Positions 1-13,950 of a stretch of 64,000 bases of DNA are shown one piece after another. The position numbers and the translations under genes are program-made. This stretch comes from Perna viridis (lineage: Eukaryota). Location of the stretch: positions 6,944,001 to 7,008,000 of the forward strand of contig CM074518.1 of the NCBI GenBank assembly GCA_037379345.1. Reading direction: 5' to 3'. How positions within the stretch are numbered: the first letter of the stretch is position 1; every line of letters starts with the position of its first letter. Under the pieces are notes generated by a model that was not told the DNA's origin, ran no database searches, and worked only from the letters and a program-made list of their open reading frames with translations.

Positions 1-184
1 ATGGTCTATTGACTTTGAAACTGTTTTCCCTAACAATTTGGCATTTGTTTTGTCACTCCGGTTCCATGTATTAGGATACCTGGCATGATGCTTAAATCAA
101 TGATATTTAGTGTAAAGATTCATTAACATTTCCATATCTGTTTCATGCCCCTGCATCCATTTTCAAATGTTGACTAATAGTAAG

Positions 185-397
185 CATGTGGGAAAGAAGA
201 GACATATCTCTGGTAACCATTTATATTTATCACTAAGTGATTTCTTACTAACAGTAACCATGTGGGACAGATGAGACATATCTCTGGTAACCGTTTGTAT
301 TTATCACTAAGTGATTTCTTACTAACAGTAACCATGTGGGACAGACGAGACATATATCTGGTAACTGTTTATATTTATCACTAAGTGATTTCTTACT
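185..397. repeat. 74-bp minisatellite, ~2.9 copies
   Basis: CATGTGGGA..GAGACATATCTCTGGTAAC..ATCACTAAGTGATTTCTTACTA recurs at 185, 259, 333. Confidence 0.95.
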
Positions 398-1117
398 ATT
401 GGTTGTTTTTAACGAAAAAATATTCAAATAAGTCACTGTTTCAATTACAAAAGGCAACAATATTTGTACAAAATTCAGTAGGAAAGAAGAGAAATCATTA
501 CTTTTAGGGAAATATTCTAAATCTACTAGATTATTTCAATATTTGTTTCATTTGTTAATTAGGATATATATTAATGAGGTAATGGTGTGATGCTTATCTG
601 TAAAGAAGTTATCATTTTTGTCAAATAATGTTGTTAAGGGCAAGACTTAGTTATTATTTTCTTACTTTGGCGGTCATGTTCAGATTTTCATGTTTCGTTT
701 TTTAAGTAGGTCAGTTTGATATGAACCACTTATGCTAGGTCAATCATGTTTGGTATGCAGTTGCACTAGTATCTCTGTATCCACTTCATGCATATGCCTT
801 GCAGTCACAGTCAGTTGACTTCGAAATTACGAATATCAAGTTTTTAATGGGAAGGTTTACATGTATGTGCAACAGGTGAGACATATCTCTGTGATAACAG
901 TTTATTTTATGGTATATTTTTTTTCTGTTCCAAGTGTTAGTTTTCTTGAACTTGTTTACTAAACTTATAAATGATAAGCACTGTTAGGCAGGAACTGGTT
1001 TATGTGGGTGTCTCTTAATTGTTCATTTTCTGTTCTGTTCAGAGTTCTTTTTTTGCTTTTTTAGTTACACTACAATTAATATTTCTATTGGTTCTAGATA
1101 ATCTTTTTTCACTATTT

Positions 1118-1312
1118 TGCTGAAGGCATTACAATGTATGTAGATTCTACCTAATGCTGAAGGCATTACAGTGTATGTAGATTCTAACTAATGCTGAAGG
1201 CATTACAGTGTATGTAGATTCTACCTAATGCTGAAGGCATTACAATGTATGTAGATTCTAACTAATGCTGAAGGCATTACAATGTATGTAGATTCTAACT
1301 AATGCTGAAGGC
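1118..1312. repeat. 37-bp minisatellite, ~5.3 copies
   Basis: TGCTGAAGGCATTACAATGTATGTAGATTCTA(C/A)CTAA at 1118, 1155, 1192, 1229, 1266, partial 1303. Confidence 0.97.
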
Positions 1313-2600
1313 TATGTTTATTACTGACTAGATTTAAAGCTTTAAAACCTTTGTTCGGTAATTAACATACATTGTACCATTTCATTTAGCAAAGATTGAA
1401 CAGTCTTTTTGTCTAACTTGTTTAAATCCATGTAGAGATAGAAAATTCTTGTAAAGGTGATTTTTAATGTGATTACTGTTCAGAAACTACGCTCATGGTA
1501 TACAATGGGTTCATATTCATTGTTCATATAAGATCCTGATGAAAAACATAGATTTGTATCAGTGTGTGGAGGGTATAATCCTGATTCATTTGTTTTTATT
1601 TGGATTTAAACCACATTGCAATCACGCTGTCTGTAATGGAAATTTTCATTACAGATTTCTCAGCTTCTGTTAGAGGGATTGCCAAGTCTACTAGATATTT
1701 ATGTTACTTCAGCATGATGACTTGTACAGATTGCCCCCCCCCCCCTTTTTCAGGTTTGTGTCTTATCTTCCTATTTACCGCACGATTTGTAATAATTAAG
1801 ATTGTTTGTAATGGAATTATTTGTATCAGATTTCTCATCTTCTTTTAGAGGGAATACTTTGATATTTAGTTGGTTGCTTTTTCTTAATAACTTGTAATAT
1901 TATACTTCATGTCATTTTCTGAATTTTGGTTGGTTCAATACAAAGGTAATATTCTTCTCTATCACATGTCTCAGAGGGTGATAGCTTTTTGTCTATTATC
2001 CTCTTGTGAAAAGCTTAACTGATTTCGGTAAAAATTGGTACCAGTTCAATCTTAATCAGTTTTGTGTTTGAGGAATCAATATGCTTAACATCCATTAATA
2101 AATGTGATTCAGTATACACATATGTATATTTATATTTTTATATTATGTTGCCAAATCTACCAGAAATTTGTACCCAAACATTTCTAATTGTTTTGTTAAA
2201 TTAAAAAGTGATTGAGGCTGGAACTTGAAAAAGATAGGGGTCAAGTGAGAATTTATGTCATTGTTCTTTTATTTCCATACACTGCATTAATTCTGGACAT
2301 TTTTGTTGTTGTGAATTCTGCCTCGGAAAGGTATACATGTACAAGAAAACTTTAAACAGTAAAAAAACAAAAAAAAAAACAATACAAAAGAAAACATTTT
2401 ATTGACATTTCTGCTGGTGAGCAGGGTCCATCAGAGATACATGTACATTAAAAAAAGAGGTATGATCCACAATTGACATTGACAGTTTTAAATGCAAACT
2501 TGAAAGAAAATAAAACAGTTTTATTGAAGAAAATATAAAGAACAAAGACAAACAAAAATTATTGTTTTGATGATGCAACATTTAGTATAATAAAATAAAT

Positions 2601-2728
2601 AACATGTAGCTTAGAGGGTGATAGTTTGTTACCCCTTGGAAATACATTGTCACTCTCAGCTACGCCTCAGGGTGACAACGATTTTCTCGCAGTAACAAAC
2701 TGCTCTATCACCCTTTTAGCTATATGTT
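2601..2728. mobile_element. Short palindromic non-autonomous element (MITE-like)
   Basis: Inverted arms AACATGTAGCTTAGAGGGTGATAG-TTTGTTAC ... GTAACAAAC-CTATCACCCTTTTAGCTATATGTT; inner TTGTCAC/GTGACAA. Confidence 0.7.
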
Positions 2729-3782
2729 TTTTATGTACTGTGCATCTCCTTTCCAGGTTTGTTGACATGGCACGTGACATCTTGTAATTATGAAGTAGAA
2801 AGCCAAATAATAGCTATGTACAAAAAGGCCAATTATCTGCAAAGTAGTTTGTTCAGGTCACTATTCTCAGCAGTGAGAACATGCTGTTGGTTTTGATTGG
2901 CAAAAGGTACATATACTAGTATTAATTTTTATTTACAATTACAGGAATAGTAAAGGTACAACACAGATTACTGATGCATGAATAAACTGATGTACTCAGA
3001 GGCAACCACATGCAGTTCTGATGATGTTTTTTTACAACTTTAAATGATACCCTTACCATGAAGTAAGTTCAAAGTACATGCAACTTCCTAAATTTATTGC
3101 CCTTGAAAGGTGAGCTATTCAGGCTACTGAGAACCTGTTGTTGGTATGCGAGTCAACGTTGATGATTTGCAAAACAAGTCGACCTTTCATTCCACTTCAG
3201 TGATGCTTTTCAGAGTTATTGCCCTTGAACTTCAAAAAAATTACTGAAAATTAAGCTTACCACACTTTCTTTTCAAAATGCTTGTAAATATTGAGCTGAA
3301 TTTTGGTATATGTGAGTCTACTCTGATACTTGTTTACCCATTCCGTCTGTCTATCAGTGTATTATTCTGGTAAGACTCTTGCTGCTCACAAATTTCAAAG
3401 ATATAAAATTTGAAGGTTGTGCATGTGAAATATTTCATGAATGTTCTAAGAGATTTTATATCATTTAGGTCATATTCTGATAAGAAACTAGAAACTAGAA
3501 ATTTTTATGTTCTGCATTAGTAGATGGTAATGTATGGAGAAGTTTGGCTATAGCTAATTTTAAGCGGAACATGTCTAATTACTGAAGTTATATGTTGTGT
3601 GAAGGTGTATGCCACATGCCAAGACCGAGTCCTGTGACGGTATACATCATCAGTATGTGACCCACAGGGTAAAGTATGAAGCTGTGGTAACCAAATGGGT
3701 TACATTATACAGCATGACTTCACTTAGATTTAACTTTTGCTTGAAGTTGGGATGTACCTAAAATTCTTCATACATTGCCCTG

Positions 3783-4702
3783 TTTTTAGCTAACCTGGCC
3801 GAAGGCCATGTAAGCTATTGCCATCACTTGGTGTCCGTCACCGTCATCCTAAACTTTTTCAAAAATCTTTTCCCCTGACACTACTTCACCAATTTGAATC
3901 AAACTTGGTATGAATGTTCTTTAGGGTATCCTGCTTAAAATTGAGTTGGGGATTGCTGATCTATTGAAAAACATGGCTGTTATAGTTAAAAAAAGAATAT
4001 AGGGGTCAGGCAGTTGTTTTTTGCATATATCTGCAAAAGCATTAGGTTTAGCCAAATTCTGACATGGGTGAAAGTGTTCAACATGATGGGATCTATCTGT
4101 GGTCAATCTTTCATATTAATCCATGAAGCCATGTTTGAGTTATTGCCCTTTTAAAAGGTCCTTTTGCTATCTTTATAGCTATTTCTTTCAAAAATCTTCT
4201 CGTTTGACACTGCTTGACCAATTTGAACCAAACTTGGTATGAATGTTCCTTGGGGTATCGTGTAAGGAACTGATATGAGATTTTTGATTTGTTGAAAAAC
4301 ATGGCTGCCTTTACTTAAAATAGAATGTTGAGGTCAGACAGTAGTTTTTTTTGCATATCTCTAAAAAGTGTCAGGTTAAGCTAAACTCTTTCAATTGCTG
4401 AAATAATCCTTATTATAAGGCCTACAAAAGTTTTCAGTGATCAAAGTTGTCAGGCTACTCTTTGTCAGAGTTATTGTTCTTGGAAGATGAAAAATGAAGG
4501 TTTTTTTTGTTTTTTTTTGTTTTTTCAGCCAATATCTTGAAAACTATAATAGATAGAAACTTTCAATTGCTAAAATGATTCTTATGATAAGTCCTACCAA
4601 CGTCGTCTTTGGTCAAACTTTTTGGACAATTCCTTGTTAATTTTGTTGCTTTTGAAAAACTTTAACCAGGTGAGGGATTCAGGCTCCTGAAAGCCTCTTG
4701 TT
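3783..4702 (+). mobile_element. Non-autonomous Helentron/HINE-type element
   Basis: 5' TTTTTAGCTAACCTGGCCGAAGGCCATGT..CCGTC microsatellite; internal repeated core (AAAATCTT..ACCAATTTGAA.CAAACTTGGTATGAATGTTC); 3' CAGGTGAG + AGGCTCCTGAAAGCCT hairpin + TGTTT. Confidence 0.8.
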
Positions 4703-5337
4703 TTGCAATTTTTAATGATATTTAATGATATTTCTTTCAAAAATCTTCTCTGAAACAACTTGATCCATGGGAACCCAACTTGGTCCTGCAAAGAACTGAT
4801 TTGGTGATTTTTGATCCATTGGAAAACATTACAGCCATTACTAAAAATAGAACATAGGGGTCAGACAGTAGTATATATACTAGGTTTTTTCGGACATAGG
4901 GTTAAAGCGTTCAGCAAGATGAGATCAATCTGTGGTCAGATTTTGGTAGAATATAAATAGGACCCAGTATCTCCAACTGTGTGGTACAACTCCTTAAACA
5001 TGTGTTAATGTTAATATAATAAAACACAGTTGAAGAAATTATTTCTGTGTTTTTCTTTTTCATATGCCTGAATGTTTGTGTGTTATGTAGATAATGGATG
5101 ACTATACCAAATGTCAAATAAAGGGTAATCTGAGGGCTGAAAACACATTGTGAAATGATATAATATAGTCACAAAATCCATGGGAGCACAATTTTTGTTG
5201 TGTTTCAATACATCATGTTAGGCTGAATTGTTCAAGAATAGTTTTAGTTTTATTATTATTATCCATGGGTGCTTAAAATTTCGTTCAAGCTTAAATCACC
5301 AAGTAATCTTTTTCATCTTAAGAATTTCGAGCATGTT

Positions 5338-5700
5338 GCGTGTCGTGTTTCAATATATCGTGTTAGGCAGAACTGTTCAAGAATAGTTTTAATATTATTA
5401 CGATTTGTCCAAGTCGGAAAAGTATTGTGAGGGTAGTTTTACAAATGAGCAACACAGATCAAGGAGGAGTAGTTTTGTTCTACTTATTTATTACTTGGAT
5501 CGGTAACTAATTGATGGCGTGTCGTGTTTCAATATATCGTGTTAGGCAGAACTGTTCAAGAATAGTTTTAATATTGTTACGATTTGTCCAAGTCGGAAAA
5601 GTATTGTGAGGGTAGTTTCACAAATGAGCAACACAGATCAAGGAGGAGTAGTTTTGTTCTACTTATTTATGACTCGTGATCGGTAACTAATTGATGGCGT
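5338..5700. repeat. 179-bp near-identical tandem duplication
   Basis: GCGTGTCGTGTTTCAATATATCG..GGTAACTAATTGATG at 5338 and 5517; single copy in unit A (~9365-9545). Confidence 0.92.
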
Positions 5701-6879
5701 GAATTGTGTGATATATTTGAAATGCTTTAACTTTCAGAATTTTAACAGTTTTCTTTTAATTGTTTTAAAATGTGGGAGAAGGCGAGCAAAAGCTGATTGA
5801 AATACCACACAGATGGCTGAAGCCTGAACATTGCATGGTTATGAACATCTGGATAAACAAGCATCCACATGCAGTTCTGACAATGTTCTTTTTCAACCTA
5901 GGATGACACCCTTACCATGAAGTAAGTTCAAAATTACTTCTATGGAATGTTGTTTAATTTGAAGCCACATTATTTTGTGGTTGCTAGATCTCCTACATTT
6001 ATAGTGGAAGTTTAATGAAACTTTACACACTTAAGTTCAGTGAGAAGAAGTGCAAAACACATTTTAAGAAATTATTTTCTATGTTTTTCTTTGTCATACG
6101 ACTGAATGTTTCTGTGTTACAGTAAAGATGCACTTATTAATTGGTGGCATCTGTGTCTTTTAGGCAGAATTCTATAGAGAAAGTATCGCTTGATAGTGCA
6201 TGGACAACACCATACTTGATCTCTGAAACCCCCCATGGGACCCCTGGGGTATATAAATAGGACCCAGTATCTCCAACTGTGTGGTACAACTCCTTCTTAA
6301 AGGAGTGTCTTGTGAACAAGACAAAATGTGAATCTGTGTGCATAAAATGCATTTTAATGAAACTTTACATGGATAAGTAAGCTTCTATAGAGAATTCTAT
6401 AGAGAAAGTATCACTTCGTAGTGAATGGACAACACCATACTTCATCTGTGAGACCCCCCATGGGACCCCGGGGTATATAATAGGACCCAGTATCTCCAAC
6501 TGTGTGGTACAACTCCTTCTTAAAGGAGTGTCTTTCGAACAAGACAAAATGTGAATCTGTGTGCATAAAATGCAGAGTCTGCGCACTTGAAATATGCCAA
6601 ATGCAGATTCCAATGAACGTCAGACACATCAGATGTATTGATATGTATACTTGGACATGAAGAGAGGCATCCGTTTTTCTCAAAGTCAAATGTAAGAGTA
6701 AGATAATGGATGACTATACCAAATGTCAAATAAAGGGTAATCTGAGGGCTGAAAACACATTGTGAAATGATATCATATGGTCAAAATGGGGAGTATTCTA
6801 TTTAAAATTGGGATTTTATAGAAGTTAGAATATAAATAGCCAATTGATGCAAAATGATTTTACTTCCATGGTAAAAACC

Positions 6880-9800
6880 ACATTATTTTGTGGTTGCTAG
6901 ATCTCCTACATTTATAGTGGAAGTTTAATGAAACTTTACACACTTAAGTTCGGTGAGAAAAAGTGCAAAACACATTTTAAGAAATTATATTCTGTGTTTC
7001 TGTGCTACAGTAAGAATACATGGCATCTGTGTCTTCTTGGAAGACTTTTTTTTTTTTTTAAAGAAAGTCGCTCTCTTTATAGTGAATAAACAGCACCATA
7101 CTTCATCTCTGAAACCCCCAGTGGGATCCCAGGGGTATATAAATAGGACCCAGTATCACCGACTATGTGATACAACTCCCTCTAAAAGGGGTGTTTTATG
7201 AACAAGACAAAATGTCAATCTATGTGCATATAATGCCATGTCTGGGCACATTATTCTTTTGATTAAGAACTTTGTAGAAGCGTGCGCTTATGAAACTTAA
7301 GTTAGTAAAACCTAGTACAGATGTTATAAGGTTGAGTGAAGGGAAAATGGTCAATAAATGGTGATGTCTTGGTGAGTAAGGCTACTGCTGATTTCAGGGT
7401 TCGTACTGGCCTAGGGACACATCTCGACTCCCACCCCCCACCCCCAAAAATAAAAACCTTTTCCTTGAGATTAGTGTAGTCTTAACGTCTCCATGCATCT
7501 GTTTTGTTGTCAATCTCCTTTTATTTTGATCTGAAAACAACTGTACAGAGTTTTGCTACCTTATGGTCCATAAGTGCATGCTTCTAACAGTTCCCAATTA
7601 GAAAAGGACTTTCATGATGTGAAATCATCAAAATCATTTCATGAAATATGGAATATGCATTTCCAAGTATACATGAAATATTGTGAGGAGAATCGTGAGG
7701 TGATACCACACACTCCCATAGAACTCAATGTTTTAGAAAAAAAGTTTAAATTCTGTGCATATCTCTAGTTATAATCCATCTTCTTGTGCATTTACATATG
7801 AATCATAAACTTTATGTTTAGTTACAAAATCCTTATGATTCCTGTAGCTTATGTGAAATGTTACAAATATATATTGAAGTTGGATCTTAAATATAGTTCT
7901 GAGAATTTCTTTGAACTTTATGAAGAGGTATTTTGTAGATGTGCACAAAGAAGACACTAGCATTATAAGTGTGTGTCTCATCATTGGAACGCCAGTGTCC
8001 CGAAGCTTTCATTTTCTGTCCATCTGTCATTGTTTCTTTTCACTTTTTCTTGTTTTTGTGAAAAAAAAAAACAAACAAAAAAACATGTCATGAACTATAG
8101 CTACAAGTATATTGAGATGTGCATATTAAGAGTTTGATCAGAATTAGATAGATTTACCTGTCAAGGAATGTATCAAAATTTTCTGAAGATATGCATATTA
8201 AGGATTGGTAGCACTTGAAAAAAAAATAATTTGTGCGAATTGTATTTAATTGTCAGTAGTGTGCTTAGCTTGAGTGCAGAGGTATTAAAGTTTTCCTCCA
8301 ATTTGATCACACTAAAGACTTTAAAATGGTGCTTACATTTCCATGGGTGATAAAGTTACCACTGAGTTACCACTGGTTTGCTCTGAGGGTTATGGTATAC
8401 CTATCTGCAGGCTGTTGCTTCTGCAAAGTAGCACACGAAATATTTATCTCAACATGTCAGATCTGTTAGATTGAAATACGGTCTGGTAAAGCAGATTTTA
8501 AAACAATCAGCCAATTTTTCTTTTACTTTGTATGCAAAGGTGCCAACTTTTCAGTTCAGTAGTTCTTGCTGCAAAACACCGCATCTGAACATATAGTGTT
8601 GAACTCAGATATTGTTAATGTGTTAAATACCATATGAAGATTTACATATAATTTGGATTACAATATTCTTTTGTAGTCAAATGTATTGAGAATCGGATGT
8701 TGTGACTGCATGATCCATAAAAAAAATAGTCTTGAACTGAACTTATAAATTACTAAAGATGTGCGTAATTAATGTTTTGGTTACAGTTGGATGAATCATT
8801 ATGTAAAATTTTCATTTTGTGAATGTAATTTCTAATTTTGATTTATAAATCCTGCCAAAATGGTTTTTTCCATCGTATAATGGTATCAGACTGTCGTCAT
8901 TGATCCTAGGGACATAGCAGAGAGTCCATTTTTATACCAATGTTTTTCTTTATGTAACCCCTTCAGAAAATAAGAAGGCAAAAAGGGGAAAATAATTGTT
9001 ATCATTAGACTTGATAATAGGTTAGATGAAGTGAAGTTGGGCAGTGTTTTTAGTGTATGACCTGCCATGATGAATTTCCCATTTTCCTCTATAATTTGTT
9101 CCATTTTGGTAATTTGGTATCTAATGGGTCCAATCAGTTTGGCTTTTTTCTTTATTTTCTTGTCTCATAAGAAAACAAATTGCTACTTTATTTTAAAAAC
9201 TGTATTTTGTATTCACCATGTGCAAGCCTGGAATTTTACTATTTGGAGGTAGATTTCATTTTATTAAGTATGTTCGTAACCCTCGTAAGTTTTTGGCTTA
9301 AATTTCATTCAAGCTTAAAATCACCAAATTATTTTTTCATCTTAAGAATTTCGAGCGTGTTACGCAACGTGTCTCAATATATTGTGTTAGACTAAATTGT
9401 TCAAGAATATTTTAAATATCATTACAATTTGTCCAACTCGGAAAAGTATCGTGAGGGGTAGATTACAAAAATGAGCAACACGGATCAAGGAGAAGTAGTT
9501 TTGTTGTACTTATTTATTACTCCCGATCGGTAACTTATTTATGGCGTGAATTATGTGTCATATTTGAAATGCTTTAACTTTCAGATTTTTAACAATTTTC
9601 TTTTGAATGTTTTAAAATGTGGGAGAAGACAAGCAAAAGCTGATCAAATTACCGCACGTATGGCTGAAGCCTGTACATTTGTATGGTTAAGAACATCTGG
9701 ATAAACAAGCATCCACATGCAGTTCTGATGATGTTCTTTTTCAGCCTGGGATGACACCCCTACCATTAAGTAAGTTCAAAATTACTTCTATGGAATGTTG

Positions 9801-12800
9801 TTTAATTTGAAGCAACATTATTTTGTGATTGCTAGATCTCCTACATTTATAGTGGAATTGAATGAAACTTTTATACATTTAATTTCAGTGAGAAAATGCG
9901 CAAAACACATTTTAAGAAATTATTTTCTATGTTTCTGTGCTACAGTAAAGATGAATGGCATCTGTGTTTTCTAGGAAGACTTTTTTTTTTTTTAAAGAAA
10001 GTCTCTCTCTCTATAGTGCATGGACAGCACCATACTTCATCTCTGAAACCCCCCGTGGGATCCCCGGGGTATATAAATAGGACCCAGTATCTCCGACTAT
10101 GTGATACAACTCCCTCTAAAAGGGGTGTTTTATGAACAAGACAAAATGCCAATCTATGTGCATATAATGCCATGTCTGGGCACATTAATCTTTTGATTAA
10201 GAACTTTGTAGAAGGGTGCGCTTATGAAACTTAAGTTAGTAAAACTTAGTACAGATGTTATAAGGTTGAGTGAAGGGAAAATGGTCAATAAATGGTGATG
10301 TCTTGGTGAGTAAGGCTACTGCTGATTTCAGGGTTCGTACTGGCCTAGGGACACATCTCGACTCCCACCCCCACCCCCAAAAATAAAAACCTTTTCCTTG
10401 AGATTAGTGTAGTCTTAACGTCTCCATGCATCTGTTTTGTTGTCAATCTCCTTTTATTTTGATCTGAAAACAACTGTACAGAGTTTTGTTACCTTATGGT
10501 CCATAAGTGCATGCTTCTAACAGTTCCCAATTAGAAAAGGACTTTCATGATGTGAAATCATCAAAATCATTTCATGAAATATGGAATATGCATTTCCAAG
10601 TATACATGAAATATTGTGAGGAGAATCGTGAGGTGATACCACACACTCCCATAGAACTCAATGTTTTAGAAAAAAAGTTTAAATTCTGTGCATATCTCTA
10701 GTTATAATCCATCTTCTTGTGCATTTACATATGAATCATAAACTTTATGTTTAGTTACAAAATCCTTATGATTCCTGTAGCTTATGTGAAATGTTACAAA
10801 TATATATTGAAGTTGGATCTTAAATATAGTTCTGAGAATTTCTTTGAACTTTATGAAGAGGTATTTTGTAGATGTGCACAAAGAAGACACTAGCATTATA
10901 AGTGTGTGTCTCATCATTGGAACGCCAGTGTCCCGAAGCTTTCATTTTCTGTCCATCTGTCATTGTTTCTTTTCACTTTTTCTTGTTTTTGTGAAAAAAA
11001 AAACAAACAAAAAAACATGTCATGAACTATAGCTACAAGTATATTGAGATGTGCATATTAAGAGTTTGATCAGAATTAGATAGATTTACCTGTCAAGGAA
11101 TGTATCAAAATTTTCTGAAGATATGCATATTAAGGATTGGTAGCACTTGAAAAAAAAATAATTTGTGCGAATTGTATTTAATTGTCAGTAGTGTGCTTAG
11201 CTTGAGTGCAGAGGTATTAAAGTTTTCCTCCAATTTGATCACACTAAAGACTTTAAAATGGTGCTTACATTTCCATGGGTGATAAAGTTACCACTGAGTT
11301 ACCACTGGTTTGCTCTGAGGGTTATGGTATACCTATCTGCAGGCTGTTGCTTCTGCAAAGTAGCACACGAAATATTTATCTCAACATGTCAGATCTGTTA
11401 GATTGAAATACGGTCTGGTAAAGCAGATTTTAAAACAATCAGCCAATTTTTCTTTTACTTTGTATGCAAAGGTGCCAACTTTTCAGTTCAGTAGTTCTTG
11501 CTGCAAAACACCGCATCTGAACATATAGTGTTGAACTCAGATATTGTTAATGTGTTAAATACCATATGAAGATTTACATATAATTTGGATTACAATATTC
11601 TTTTGTAGTCAAATGTATTGAGAATCGGATGTTGTGACTGCATGATCCATAAAAAAAATAGTCTTGAACTGAACTTATAAATTACTAAAGATGTGCGTAA
11701 TTAATGTTTTGGTTACAGTTGGATGAATCATTATGTAAAATTTTCATTTTGTGAATGTAATTTCTAATTTTGATTTATAAATCCTGCCAAAATGGTTTTT
11801 TCCATCGTATAATGGTATCAGACTGTCGTCATTGATCCTAGGGACATAGCAGAGAGTCCATTTTTATACCAATGTTTTTCTTTATGTAACCCCTTCAGAA
11901 AATAAGGAGGCAAAAAGGGGAAAATAATTGTTATCATTAGACTTGATAATAGGTTAGATGAAGTGAAGTTGGGCAGTGTTTTTAGTGTATGACCTGCCAT
12001 GATGAATTTCCCATTTTCCTCTATAATTTGTTCCATTTTGGTAATTTGGTATCTAATGGGTCCAATCAGTTTGGCTTTTTTTTTTATTTTCTTGTCTCAT
12101 AAGAAAACAAATTGCTACTTTATTTTAAAAACTGTATTTTGTATTCACCATGTGCAAGCCTGGAATTTTACTATTTGGAGGTAGATTTCATTTTATTAAG
12201 TATGTTCGTATCCCTCGTAAGTTTTTGGCTTAAATTTCATTCAAGCTTAAAATCACCAAATTATTTTTTCATCTTAAGAATTTCGAGCGTGTTACGCAAC
12301 GTGTCTCAATATATTGTGTTAGACTAAATTGTTCAAGAATATTTTAAATATCATTACAATTTGTCCAACTCGGAAAAGTATCGTGAGGGGTAGATTACAA
12401 AAATGAGCAACACGGATCAAGGAGAAGTAGTTTTGTTGTACTTATTTATTACTCCCGATCGGTAACTTATTTATGGCGTGAATTATGTGTCATATTTGAA
12501 ATGCTTTAACTTTCAGATTTTTAACAATTTTCTTTTGAATGTTTTAAAATGTGGGAGAAGACAAGCAAAAGCTGATCAAATTACCGCACGTATGGCTGAA
12601 GCCTGTACATTTGTATGGTTAAGAACATCTGGATAAACAAGCATCCACATGCAGTTCTGATGATGTTCTTTTTCAGCCTGGGATGACACCCCTACCATTA
12701 AGTAAGTTCAAAATTACTTCTATGGAATGTTGTTTAATTTGAAGCAACATTATTTTGTGATTGCTAGATCTCCTACATTTATAGTGGAATTGAATGAAAC

Positions 12801-13950
12801 TTTTATACATTTAATTTCAGTGAGAAAATGCGCAAAACACATTTTAAGAAATTATTTTCTATGTTTCTGTGCTACAGTAAAGATGAATGGCATCTGTGTT
12901 TTCTAGGAAGACTTTTTTTTTTTAAAGAAAGTCTCTCTCTCTATAGTGCATGGACAGCACCATACTTCATCTCTGAAACCCCCCGTGGGATCCCCGGGGT
13001 ATATAAATAGGACCCAGTATCTCCGACTATGTGATACAACTCCCTCTAAAAGGGGTGTTTTATGAACAAGACAAAATGCCAATCTATGTGCATATAATGC
13101 CATGTCTGGGCACATTAATCTTTTGATTAAGAACTTTGTAGAAGTGTGCGCTTATGAAACTTAAGTTAGTAAAACTTAGTACAGATGTTATAAGGTTGAG
13201 TGAAGGGAAAATGGTCAATAAATGGTGATGTCTTGGTGAGTAAGGCTACTGCTGATTCAGGGTTCGTACTGGCCTAGGGACACATCTCGACTCCCACCCC
13301 CACCCCCAAAAATAAAAACCTTTTCCTTGGGATTAGTGTAGTCTTAACATCTCCATGCATCTGTTTTGTTGTCAATCTCCTTTTATTTTGATCTGAAAAC
13401 AACTGTACAGAGTTTTGCTACCTTATGGTCCATAAGTGCATTCTTCTAACAGTTCCCAATTAGAAAAGGACTTTCATGATGTGAAATCATCAAAATCATT
13501 TCATGAAATATGGAATATGCATTTCCAAGTATACATGAAATATTGTGAGGAGAATCGTGAAGTGATACCACACACTCCCATAGAACACAATGTTTTAGAA
13601 AAAAAGCTTAAATTCTGTGCATATCTCTAGTTATAATCCATCTTTTTGTGCATTTACATATGAATCATAAACTTTATGTTTACTTATAAAATCCTTATGA
13701 TTCCTGTAGCTTATGTGAAATGTTACAAATATATATTGAAGTTGGATCTTAAATATAGTTCTGAGAATTTCTTTGAACTTTATGAAGAGGTATTTTGTAG
13801 ATGTGCACAAAGAAGACACTAACATTATAAGTGTATGTCTCATTTCTGTCCATCTGTCATTGTTTCTTTTCACTTTTTCTTGTTTTTGTGAAAATACATG
13901 TCATGAACTATAACTACAAATATATTGAGATGTGCATATTAAGATTTTGA
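6880..13950. repeat. Tandem segmental array A, ~2.93-kb unit, ~2.4 near-identical copies; diverged partial copies at ~5270-6560 and ~13950-16040
   Basis: Identical spurious ORFs at 7574/10507/13436 and 8886/11818; direct sequence comparison. Confidence 0.95.
8255..8490 (+). mobile_element. Decayed tRNA-derived SINE remnant (copies ~11186-11420, ~14122-14360)
   Basis: AAAGACTTTAAAATGGT..ACTGGTTTGCTCTG..CTGTTGCTTCTG..TAGCAC resembles, from memory, the body of bivalve Meta-type SINEs. Confidence 0.4.

Noticed and set aside
7355-7410. C/D-box snoRNA reading of motif 1 (GTGATGT..CTGA)
   Set aside because: Box C imperfect, CTGA becomes CTAA in the B copies, no terminal stem or recognisable rRNA guide
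9038-9068. miR-34-like seed GGCAGTGT
   Set aside because: The rest does not match miR-34 and there is no precursor-length stem
9722-9750. Hammerhead core CTGATGA
   Set aside because: No stem II followed by GAAA
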